64,000 bases of DNA from Chlamydiota bacterium (GTDB taxonomy: Bacteria > Chlamydiota > Chlamydiia > Chlamydiales > Rhabdochlamydiaceae), in contig JABDCQ010000002.1 in NCBI GenBank assembly GCA_013288075.1, positions 32,447 through 96,446 on the forward strand. The letters are read 5' to 3'. Below are positions 29,412-37,837 of this stretch, in pieces. The stretch's first letter is position 1. Every line of letters begins with the position of its first letter. Below the pieces are notes generated by a model. It searched no databases, was not told where the DNA came from, and saw nothing but the letters and a program-made list of their open reading frames with translations. The translations under genes were made by a program, and so were the position numbers.

Positions 29412-29523
29412 GAATGATAAATGATATAATGATATAAATGATGAAGAAAAGGATCTCTAGCCAACCTAAAAAATATCCTTCTTATCATTGTATCATTCTT
29501 ATCATTGTATCATTCTTATCATT
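29412..29523. repeat. Inverted arrays of ATGATA/TATCAT units
   Basis: atgataaatgatataatgatataaatgatg faces (cttatcattgtatcatt) x ~2.5. Confidence 0.8.
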
Positions 29524-29610
29524 TCCTTGCCGCCAATTCCTTAAAACCTTAGTGGGAAAAAATGAAAACGATTGATAGATTGATTTCTTTATTGAAAACC
29601 AAAGGACCTG

Positions 29611-30027
29611 ATGAAATACTATATTGCGACATCACTTTCAAGAATAACGGCCCATCATATGGTAAGAGATGCTCTAAAAATAAGGGGTCATGAAATTTCA
29701 TATGATTGGACTTTGCATGGTAGTGTGAAATCGGTTAGCAAAGAGCGTCTACGAGAAGTAGCTGCTCTTGAGCTAGATGCCGTTTCGGAAGCTGATTTTG
29801 TTGTTGTTCTACTTCCGGGAGGGAATGGGACTCATCTAGAACTTGGATTTGCAATTGCAAGAGGAAAGAGAGTCTTTCTTCATAGCGAAGACTCTTTAGT
29901 TTTTGAGCTTGGACCTCAGACAAATGCGTTCTATCATCATTCTAATATCACCCGTCTTATTTGTCCTTTGGCTGATATTGGTACGACAGTGAATTCCTTA
30001 CTTCAGCAACCAGCAATGCTTTTATAA
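29611..30027 (+). CDS. Nucleoside 2-deoxyribosyltransferase-like protein
   Basis: YYIA, YDWT and ADFVV..LPGG.GTHLELGFA motifs. Confidence 0.75.
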   Translation: MKYYIATSLSRITAHHMVRDALKIRGHEISYDWTLHGSVKSVSKERLREVAALELDAVSEADFVVVLLPGGNGTHLELGFAIARGKRVFLHSEDSLVFELGPQTNAFYHHSNITRLICPLADIGTTVNSLLQQPAMLL

Positions 30028-30142
30028 TAATTTGTTTTAAGGAAAATTTTATGCGCTGCTTTGAATGTGAATGGGCCATTAATAACTGCGTTCCCGTTCA
30101 TTTTACAGTTGAAAATGAAAAATGGAGTGCCCGAAGGCTCAT

Positions 30143-30625
30143 ATGAATAATAAATGTCACACAGAGGAATTTGTCGATACACTTCCTGAAGAAGTGGAAG
30201 AAAAAATGCGCAAAGATCTTGTAGAATATGAAAGTAGTTATGGCATTGATGTAAATTACAAAAGATTTGCGGTTATTCTTAGGGATGAAAAAAGAGAGGT
30301 GCTTGGTGTTCTCAATGCCTTCACTGCATTTTCAGAAGTGTATATTGATGATATGTGGGTCTATAAGCCTTTTCGTGGGAAAGGCTATGGGAAAAAATTA
30401 TTGCAGGCGCTCGAAAATCATTTCAAGGGCAAAGGATTCAATAACATCAATCTCGTTACAAGTGCATTTTCGGCACCAGGATTTTACAAGAAATGTGGTT
30501 TTACCGTTGAGTTCGTAAGGGAAAATAAAAAAAATCCACAACTCACTAAAACTTTTTTTATAAAATATTTTGATGAGGAAATACAGGCGCAGGGCATTTT
30601 AAAAAAAGAAAATGGATGTTCATAA
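30143..30625 (+). CDS. GNAT acetyltransferase
   Basis: FRGKGYGK and FYKKCGF motifs. Confidence 0.85.
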   Translation: MNNKCHTEEFVDTLPEEVEEKMRKDLVEYESSYGIDVNYKRFAVILRDEKREVLGVLNAFTAFSEVYIDDMWVYKPFRGKGYGKKLLQALENHFKGKGFNNINLVTSAFSAPGFYKKCGFTVEFVRENKKNPQLTKTFFIKYFDEEIQAQGILKKENGCS

Positions 30626-30652
30626 ATATGATATTCGCGAGTTCGTCTGCGA

Positions 30653-31387
30653 TTGTTCAAGAAACTAACATTAAATCAAAACCAATACATGTTTGAGACA
30701 GAATACCTTATATCTCTACCCGAACTCATAAAGGCGTATGATATTCCTGGTTTATCATTGGCATTGATCTCTGAAAAAAAGATCGTGACTTTTGAATGTG
30801 GGGTTAAGAATAGCATTTCTCAGGATCCTGTAACCTCCTCCACTGTTTTTGAGGCAGCCTCTTTAAGCAAACCGCTGATTGCCTATGCAGCCCTAGAATT
30901 ATGTGAAAACGGTCTACTGGAAATGGACCAACCCCTGAGCATCTATTTACCAAGCCCAGAATCCGAAGACCCGTTTTTATCTGCTGTTACTTTGAGGCAT
31001 GTTCTCTCGCATACTGGAGGATTTCCTACTGCTAATCTAAAACCCGGGGATCCCTTGAAATTAGAGTTTTATCCTGGAATCCAGGTTCAAATTAACAAAG
31101 AAATTGGCTGGGGTTTAGGATGGGGGATTGAAATAACTCCTAAAGGGAGCTCTTCTTGGCATTCAGGAGATAATGGAACATTTCAATGCTTGGCCTTTCA
31201 AAACGAGCAAACAGGTTTCATCATCATGACAAATAGTGCCAACGGGATGAAAATATATAGGCACATTTTCGATCTTTTGATCGGCGGTGAGCATCCTTTG
31301 TTCGATTGGGAGCAATTTGATTCTCGCGCAGAAGAAAAGTTAGATGAAGAGTTCCTTGCAAATTGGTGGAAAATCTACGAGCTGTAG
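30653..31387 (+). pseudogene. Serine hydrolase (class C beta-lactamase-like) with internal deletion
   Basis: FEAASLSK, LSHTGG and WHSG are present. The central YxN-containing region is missing at FYPG|IQVQIN. Confidence 0.7.
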
Positions 31388-31397
31388 GCAAAATCAA

Positions 31398-32180
31398 ATG
31401 AAATCTTCTTATTTAAATTTGTGCACTGAATTTTATGATCTAACTAAACCAGAAGCTGGTCCTAAGGAAGTTGCATTTTATGAAAAGCTTCTTGGAACGG
31501 CAAAAGGCCCTATTCTTGAAGCGATGTGCGGATCGGGCAGGCTTCTCATTCCTCTGCTTAAAGAAGGATTAGTTGTAGAAGGTGTCGACAATTCAAGCCA
31601 CATGCTGCAAAGTTGCCAGAAACGTTGCTTTGACCAAGGTCTTGCGGTGCAACTTTACCATCAATCCCTCCAAAAACTTGATCTGCCTCGAAAATATGAT
31701 CTTATTTTCATCGCTATAGGATCGTTTCAGCTCATTCAAGATCGAAAAGAAGCGCTTAACATCTTAAAAAACCTCCATACGGTGCTGTTACCTGAAGGAA
31801 GGGTTGTGCTTGAAACTTTTATCCCATGGGATGCGATCAAAGACAACATTAATGGCTCAGTTTTGATGGACGAATCCAAAGAAAGGCTTTTTGAAAGAAC
31901 AGCCCACTCCGCAGATGGTTCTCAGATCGTTCACAAATCAACTGTTACCGTCAATTTCAAAGAGCAAATAGAAAAGACCCAAAGTCTCTATGAAAAATGG
32001 GTCCACGAGCTATTCAGCCAAGCCGAAGAAGAGGAATATGTGGTTCGATGGTATCACCGTTTTGAAATGGAACTTTTATTAGAAAAGGCTGGTTTTTCAG
32101 CCGTGAGTATCATAGATGAATCTTTTGAGCAAAATGAGCAAGCAGTTATCTATGTAGCATCTAAACCGGTGGAAATATGA
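31398..32180 (+). CDS. Class I SAM-dependent methyltransferase
   Basis: ILEAMCGSGR, GVDNS and LEKAGF motifs. Confidence 0.9.
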   Translation: MKSSYLNLCTEFYDLTKPEAGPKEVAFYEKLLGTAKGPILEAMCGSGRLLIPLLKEGLVVEGVDNSSHMLQSCQKRCFDQGLAVQLYHQSLQKLDLPRKYDLIFIAIGSFQLIQDRKEALNILKNLHTVLLPEGRVVLETFIPWDAIKDNINGSVLMDESKERLFERTAHSADGSQIVHKSTVTVNFKEQIEKTQSLYEKWVHELFSQAEEEEYVVRWYHRFEMELLLEKAGFSAVSIIDESFEQNEQAVIYVASKPVEI

Positions 32181-32317
32181 TCATTGATCACATAATCCCT
32201 ATTCTTGCAAAAGACTTAGGGGGTCTTTTTGAGCGTTTTCGGCAAGTAATTTAAACTTGAACTTGATATTTGTTCAAGCATGTTATTGCTTATCTTAAGT
32301 GGAATGAGGTGGTTGTG

Positions 32318-32363
32318 AAAGTGGGGCAAGCTGGACTTGAACCAGAGACCAGCGAGTTATGAG
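32318..32363 (-). mobile_element. att direct repeat: copy of the tRNA(CAT) 3' half
   Basis: 44/46 nt identical to 39459-39504. Confidence 0.9.
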
Positions 32364-32552
32364 GGAGGGGGAACGCCAATTCACCCGATACCAACCAATC
32401 TAAATCAACACAAGTATAACGACTTAGGTAAGGAATGTCTATTGGTTTCTAATGGTTAATATCGGTTGAATTGGCAAGGCACTGGGCCCGTTTTTGCATC
32501 TTTACTGTTAAAAAACACCCAATAACGTCAACTGGGTTTTACAGAATGCATT

Positions 32553-33449
32553 TTAGATCTTATTCTTGTGATTTGCAAGCAATTCATCAATAATACGCCA
32601 ACATAGTGAAGATTCGGTGTTGTTTGGATTGGTAAAGCCAGCTGCCACCACCAAAGCCTTCCATAAAGTCCAGCCACGCGCACGAGCCCATGTGTCTTTA
32701 TCTAGACCAAGCATCTTTTGAAAAGTTTCTCTGCTTTTGCCGTGAAATAACGTCCAGCTGATTGCGAGGTCACATGCAGGATCACCAATAGCCAATTGTC
32801 CAAAATCGATCACAGCGCATAGCTTGCCTGTTTTTACTAGAAGATTGCCAGCACTGATATCACCATGCACCCATACTGGGGGATTTTTCCAAGAGGTGGA
32901 AAGAGCTGCTTCCCAAACAGCAGTAGCAGAAGATACGTCAATTTTATCTTTCAAAGAAGCGATTGCTTGACGTGTGTCAGCATCATAAATCGATAGTGAT
33001 CCACCTCTTTGGAAGCTATGTAATCCAGGTGCGGGTCCTCCGGTCGTATCGATTTTATGCAAAGCGACCAGAAAGTGAGCAAGACCGGCCGCAAATCCAT
33101 CCAGATCGCTTATGGGTGCTAAATTAGCGCTTTCTCCTTCAAGCCATCGGTAAATCGACCATTTCCAAGGATAACAATGCTCAGGCTTGCCCATTGCTAA
33201 GGGAATAGGAATAGAAAGGGGAAGATTTGGAGCTAATTTTGGCAACCACTTATGCTCCTTTTCTATCTGTAACTCATAATCAGCGGCACTTGGTAAACGG
33301 ACTGACATGTCTTTACCCAAATGAAAGGTTCGATTATCCCAGCCACTCATTGCTACAGACTGAATAGGTAGAGCTTTCCATTGGGGAAATTGAGAGTCAA
33401 TCAGACGACGTACAAGGGAAGCATCTATACTTGGGAGTTCTTTTTTCAT
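32553..33449 (-). CDS. Aminoglycoside phosphotransferase (APH)-family protein
   Basis: SGWDN, VRLPS, HGDI..GN and IDFG..GDPACD motifs. Confidence 0.9.
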   Translation of the reverse strand: MKKELPSIDASLVRRLIDSQFPQWKALPIQSVAMSGWDNRTFHLGKDMSVRLPSAADYELQIEKEHKWLPKLAPNLPLSIPIPLAMGKPEHCYPWKWSIYRWLEGESANLAPISDLDGFAAGLAHFLVALHKIDTTGGPAPGLHSFQRGGSLSIYDADTRQAIASLKDKIDVSSATAVWEAALSTSWKNPPVWVHGDISAGNLLVKTGKLCAVIDFGQLAIGDPACDLAISWTLFHGKSRETFQKMLGLDKDTWARARGWTLWKALVVAAGFTNPNNTESSLCWRIIDELLANHKNKI

Positions 33450-33925
33450 TGTTCTATCTCTGCTTGATCTTCCATGATTAGTTTCTGGAAGATACCAATC
33501 ATACACTCCATTTCTTCTGCTGTAAGCTTTTGAAAAAACTCTGCATCTTTTTTTTCGACAGCAGGCATTGTTCTTTTAAGGATAGCAGAGCCTTTTATAG
33601 TCAAAATAGGATTCTTAGCTCTTCCATCAAAAGATTTTTCTCGGGTGATCAGTTCTTTTTGTTCAAGTCCTCTTATGATTTGAGAAACAGTATTGGGATC
33701 AAGTCCGGCCATTTTACCAATAGCAGCTTGAGAAACTCGTTCTCCCTTTCGGGTTAGCCAGCCCAAAGTAGCAAGAATAACGAATTGGGGATGCGTGAGA
33801 CCCATTGATTTAAGCATCCATTCGATTGATCCACGCCATGCTGTGCTAACATGCCACAAAAGAAATCCTGGGCTGCGATCTGGCTTATCCTGAAGACTGA
33901 TCTCTTTAAAATTTACATTTTTCAT
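33446..33925 (-). CDS. MarR-family regulator
   Basis: SPGFLLW, LTHPQF..L and DGRA motifs. Confidence 0.9.
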   Translation of the reverse strand: MKNVNFKEISLQDKPDRSPGFLLWHVSTAWRGSIEWMLKSMGLTHPQFVILATLGWLTRKGERVSQAAIGKMAGLDPNTVSQIIRGLEQKELITREKSFDGRAKNPILTIKGSAILKRTMPAVEKKDAEFFQKLTAEEMECMIGIFQKLIMEDQAEIEQ

Positions 33926-34342
33926 CTAAATCTCCATTGCCTTGGCAATGATTTGGAAATCCTTTTGTGAAATTTCAAAACATCCTCGTCTGAAAGGGAA
34001 CCCCCATTTTTTCTTATCCTTTATAAAGGATAACTCCTCTAGAAGTTGTTGAATAGGAACATCATTTGATTGAATAAAAGAGACATCGCGACGCCAAGGA
34101 ACAAAGTTTTCACTCATAGCAAAAGGATAAGGGTTACTACCTTTGATTTTTCCTGTTGCTGTAAAGGATTGGCAGGGCTCTTTCTGCCCAAATTTGATAG
34201 TTGGGGAATAATAGACAATCCAATCACCTTCCTTCATTTGATTTAATGGACCGACCTTCCCATGGCAAACCTGAGCAAATCCACCTAATACTCCTCTTTG
34301 CACATGCTCTTTGGATGCGACTCCTATCCAGTACCGTGTCAT
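33926..34342 (-). CDS. EVE domain protein
   Basis: YWIGVAS.EHV, QVCHGK and GD..VYYSP motifs. Confidence 0.85.
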   Translation of the reverse strand: MTRYWIGVASKEHVQRGVLGGFAQVCHGKVGPLNQMKEGDWIVYYSPTIKFGQKEPCQSFTATGKIKGSNPYPFAMSENFVPWRRDVSFIQSNDVPIQQLLEELSFIKDKKKWGFPFRRGCFEISQKDFQIIAKAMEI

Positions 34343-34713
34343 TATTTTTCCTCGTGGAGTTTGTATACCCTAATTCTGTGTCCATCTGGGTCAAGAACAA
34401 CAAAGGTGCGTCCAAAGTCCATGTCTGTTGGTTTCTGAGCGACTGTCACATGCTTTTTGCCCCACTGTTCATACAAAGCATCGACATCTTCAGTCGGAAA
34501 GCATATTTCGAGCGCGCCAGCAGGTACATCTACCCGAGGCTCAGCTGTGTGTTTAGACCAAAGACCGAGCATCACGCCATTTTTGAGGGCGAACATTACA
34601 AATGTAGATGACTCTTCGATCGGTGTCATTCCAAAAATATCTTGATAAAAGAGAGCGCTCTTTTGCGGATTTGAGACAAAAAGAAGAACAAATCCTAAGC
34701 TTGGCGTAAACAT
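34342..34713 (-). CDS. VOC/glyoxalase-family protein
   Basis: S..FY, LGLWS and FG.TF...DPDGHRIR motifs. Confidence 0.9.
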   Translation of the reverse strand: MFTPSLGFVLLFVSNPQKSALFYQDIFGMTPIEESSTFVMFALKNGVMLGLWSKHTAEPRVDVPAGALEICFPTEDVDALYEQWGKKHVTVAQKPTDMDFGRTFVVLDPDGHRIRVYKLHEEK

Positions 34714-34748
34714 ATAATTTCTCCTAGTTAAAGCTATCAGGTTAGATT

Positions 34749-34762
34749 ATACGTATGCGTAT
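34749..34762. promoter_or_regulatory. Putative MarR operator
   Basis: ATACG-tatg-CGTAT dyad just upstream of the VOC-EVE-MarR-APH operon. Confidence 0.45.
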
Positions 34763-34785
34763 TAAACTCGTCTAGATGTTTTCTT

Positions 34786-35151
34786 TTAGATCAATGGCGA
34801 AGTGATGGCCGATTGTACTGGTAGTTGCCATTCGTTTGACTTAATCCGATAAAGCACATGCCGTTTTAATGGATGACCTTCTTGAAGCTTGGGATGATCA
34901 AAGTCATCAACTTCAGCGTGATGCATACCGATTTTTCCATCACATGTCGAGATCGCATATTTTGCACAGCAGTAAAAGAAACAATCTCTTCAAGGCGGAG
35001 TATATCGAATCCGTATCGCAAAGCTCCTCTTGCCCCTTCTGTAGCATAGCCCTTTCCCCAATGATTGAAAGCAAGCCTCCAACCAATTTCAACAGCAGGA
35101 GTGAATTCATTAAAAGGAGCGGAAAATCAGTCGTTCTGTCTTAACCGTCAT
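34786..35151 (-). pseudogene. RimJ/RimL-type GNAT pseudogene
   Basis: MTVKTERLIFRSF* is followed out of frame by FTPAVEIGWRLA..HWGKGYATE..VMEK, then a second frameshift to GMH..FDHP.L..GHPL..HVLYR. Confidence 0.85.
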
Positions 35152-35680
35152 GAGCAACCTCATATTTCAATTGCACTAAACCGCTTGGGTAAGATTGGGT
35201 AGAGATTAAGCGGCACTTATGTTCTCGATTCATGGTGCTAAAAAGAGGAATACCAGAGCCTAGGACCATAGCAATTACGGATATGGTGATATCGTCGACC
35301 AATCCAGCCTCCAAGAATTTAGATACAGTAATCCCTCCGTCAACCCATACACGTTTGATACCTTCGGAATGAAGCATAGAGGTAAGGTCAGCCAGTTGCC
35401 CCCGAAATAGCTCTGCTTCTTTCCTGGCATCATTTAATGTATTACTAAGAACGATGACTCTTTTGCCTTTATACGGCCACTCGTCAAAGTCAGAAACTAC
35501 TTCATAAGTATTTCTTCCAAGAATCAAAGCATCGATGCTATTGATGAAATTCTTAAAGCCATAATCTTCATTACCTGTATGGCCATACTGTAGCCAATCT
35601 AGATTCCCATCCTTACGAGCGATATAACCATCGATGCTGGTTGCAATATAAATAGAGATTTTTGGGCGCGTTTCATTCAT
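35141..35680 (-). CDS. Dihydrofolate reductase/RibD C-terminal-like protein
   Basis: YIATSIDGYIA, GRNTY, VDGG and LGSGIPLF motifs. Confidence 0.9.
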   Translation of the reverse strand: MNETRPKISIYIATSIDGYIARKDGNLDWLQYGHTGNEDYGFKNFINSIDALILGRNTYEVVSDFDEWPYKGKRVIVLSNTLNDARKEAELFRGQLADLTSMLHSEGIKRVWVDGGITVSKFLEAGLVDDITISVIAMVLGSGIPLFSTMNREHKCRLISTQSYPSGLVQLKYEVAHDG

Positions 35681-36127
35681 GTTTTAGTTGTTGTTTTGTT
35701 TGTTTTAGCCTTCATAGAGAATTTCCTTTATTTTATCCGTGAGTAATGCTCACTTTGGTTTAACGATTGTAATTATTATAAGGATCTGGAGTTGCGGCTT
35801 GTTCAATTCGCCTAGCAGCTTCGAAAACGTCGGCTATCCAATCGAGTATTTTGGGAATGTTTTTTACAACTTTCTTAATTTTTTTCCACATGGACTTACA
35901 TGGTTCTATTGTATCTTCTTGGAAACATCGAAAATCCAATCGTGTGTACTGAAAGAGACTGGATGCCCAAGCTCAAAAGAGGGAAGCAGTTCGGCAGACA
36001 TTTCATCGACGATAAGTTGTAGGCTATTCCTTATCTTTTCATAGAGTCTCTTTGCAGTTAATTGCTACAAAAAGTATCCATTTATAGGTTTATGCTCAAG
36101 AGATTAATTTTAAAAGAGACTTTGTTG

Positions 36128-37003
36128 TTAGTCCTCTATCTGATTTTCCAATCGTTGACGGGCATGTTTAATGGCTCTATGCAGCTTTTCCTGTAATACT
36201 TCCTTAGGGGCAGAGCGGTAAGATATTCGGCAACATGGATACCTGATTTGCCTAGCTCTAGAAGCTCAATGCGCTCTTGTTTTTTACCTGCACAGAGAAT
36301 TAGTCCCATGGGAGCTTCTTCCCCATGGAGGCGCTCGTATTTGTCAAGCCAGCGCAAGTAGAGCTCCATTTGGCCTTTGTGCTCGGGTTTAAAATCACCG
36401 AGCTTAATTTCAATAACGACAAGTCTTTTAAGGTCTCTATAAAAAAAGAGCAAATCAATGCGGAAATCTTCATCGTCAACCGTGATGCGTTTTTGGCGAG
36501 CAAGAAAACTAAAACCGGTACCAAACTCCAATAAAAACTGTTCGAGATCTCTCATAATAGCATCTTCAAGATCTTTTTCTATATATCGATCGTTGAGATT
36601 TAGAAATTCAAGTATATAAGGGTCGCGGAAGACAAGCTCTGGTGTTAAACGATCTTCATTGCGTAAAAGATCCACTTCAGCTCGAACCACTTCTTCTGGC
36701 TGTTTTGAAAGGGCTGTACGCTCATAGAGCATTGAATTAATTTTTTTACGCAAATCCCTTTCCATATTCCGCCACTAGTTGTTGCGATACAGTAGCAACG
36801 ATGTGTTGGCCGTATTGGGCTCGCCCTTCCTTAAGAAGTTCCCTGTGAATTCGATAGCCTATCTGCCAATAAAGCAAAGATAAGGTTGCATTTACAGTAG
36901 TAGCTACTGATTGACGAGCATCATTAATCATCTTTTTTAATTCGCTAAGAAACTCTTTAGAAGTTGTTGCTTTTACATTGCTGTCTTGGGTTTGGATGGT
37001 CAT
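36128..37003 (-). pseudogene. YhcG/DUF1016 pseudogene (internal deletion plus frameshift)
   Basis: YWQIG..EYGKGFA breaks into LRKKINSMLYERT. DPY..FL and IEIK are present; the family tail PKEVLQEKLHRA lies in another frame. Confidence 0.85.
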
Positions 37004-37143
37004 ATAGAATTTCCTTGAAGTATACGTTCTGAAATATGTTTACTGAAGTTTTGGGTGATTTGGACATCGAGATGGGTGTAGCGTTCTAAGAGTTCTGTAA
37101 AGGTGTGCTGTTGCTTGTGCTGATCGAACTTGAATGTGCCAAG
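37000..37143 (-). pseudogene. Tyrosine integrase relic
   Basis: Frame reads LGTFKFDQHKQQHTFTELLERYTHLDVQITQNFSKHISERILQG: an N-domain-like TF.ELLERY merged with the catalytic RYTHL. Confidence 0.65.
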
Positions 37144-37147
37144 CTAT

Positions 37148-37480
37148 TTAAGAACTAAGCTGGTCTAATATCACATGCATTAGCAACACTAAGGCAAAAC
37201 AGAAAATAGGTATTACCCAACATAGGCGAACGACTTTGTAATAAGCCCTTGAATAACTGAAGCACATAAAAAAAAAGCTCAATGGCATTGCAAAAATGGG
37301 CAAGAGAGTAACGAAGCCAATCAATTTTTTCGTAAAAGAGGCATTGATTGAATTGACTCCTACAAATGGAGCAAAGAAGAAAAACAAAAATGGGAAAAGA
37401 AATAAATATGTAAAGCCCCAAACGATCATGCTAGATTTAGCTTTTTTCTGTGCAAGTGATGTTATATCTTCGGCAATCAT
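37148..37480 (-). CDS. Small three-TM protein (paralogue 2)
   Basis: Shares the KAK..W...Y..L.P / P.S...M..SY....Y......W..P pattern with its neighbour. Confidence 0.7.
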   Translation of the reverse strand: MIAEDITSLAQKKAKSSMIVWGFTYLFLFPFLFFFFAPFVGVNSINASFTKKLIGFVTLLPIFAMPLSFFFMCFSYSRAYYKVVRLCWVIPIFCFALVLLMHVILDQLSS

Positions 37481-37492
37481 AATAAAGTTACG

Positions 37493-37837
37493 TTATAAAA
37501 ATTGAATTATAGGATCTACAGCCAATACAGCAATCAGAGTCAACCAAGGTACTGACCAGAAAAACAATGTTTTACTGTATTCTTTACACACATAGCTTGA
37601 CCACATAAGATCTATGCTTACAGGCAACGAAAGAGGGATTAATGAGATGGTAAAGATAATTGATAATCCCTTTGGGATTGATAAATGAGGATTATCAAAT
37701 ATCATAGCAGAAAGCAATGCAAAATAAGATAGAAGTGGCAAAAGCAGAACATAAATAATCGTCCAAATTACAGCACAAATCTTGGCTTTCCTTTTACGGT
37801 TTTGAATGGGTTCTGCCTTATTTTGACAGCTAGACAT
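37493..37837 (-). CDS. Small three-TM protein (paralogue 1)
   Basis: Start overlaps the upstream stop; same motif pattern as paralogue 2. Confidence 0.7.
   Translation of the reverse strand: MSSCQNKAEPIQNRKRKAKICAVIWTIIYVLLLPLLSYFALLSAMIFDNPHLSIPKGLSIIFTISLIPLSLPVSIDLMWSSYVCKEYSKTLFFWSVPWLTLIAVLAVDPIIQFL

Noticed and set aside
34869..35144. Plus-strand 91-aa ORF
   Set aside because: It is the antisense shadow of the GNAT pseudogene.
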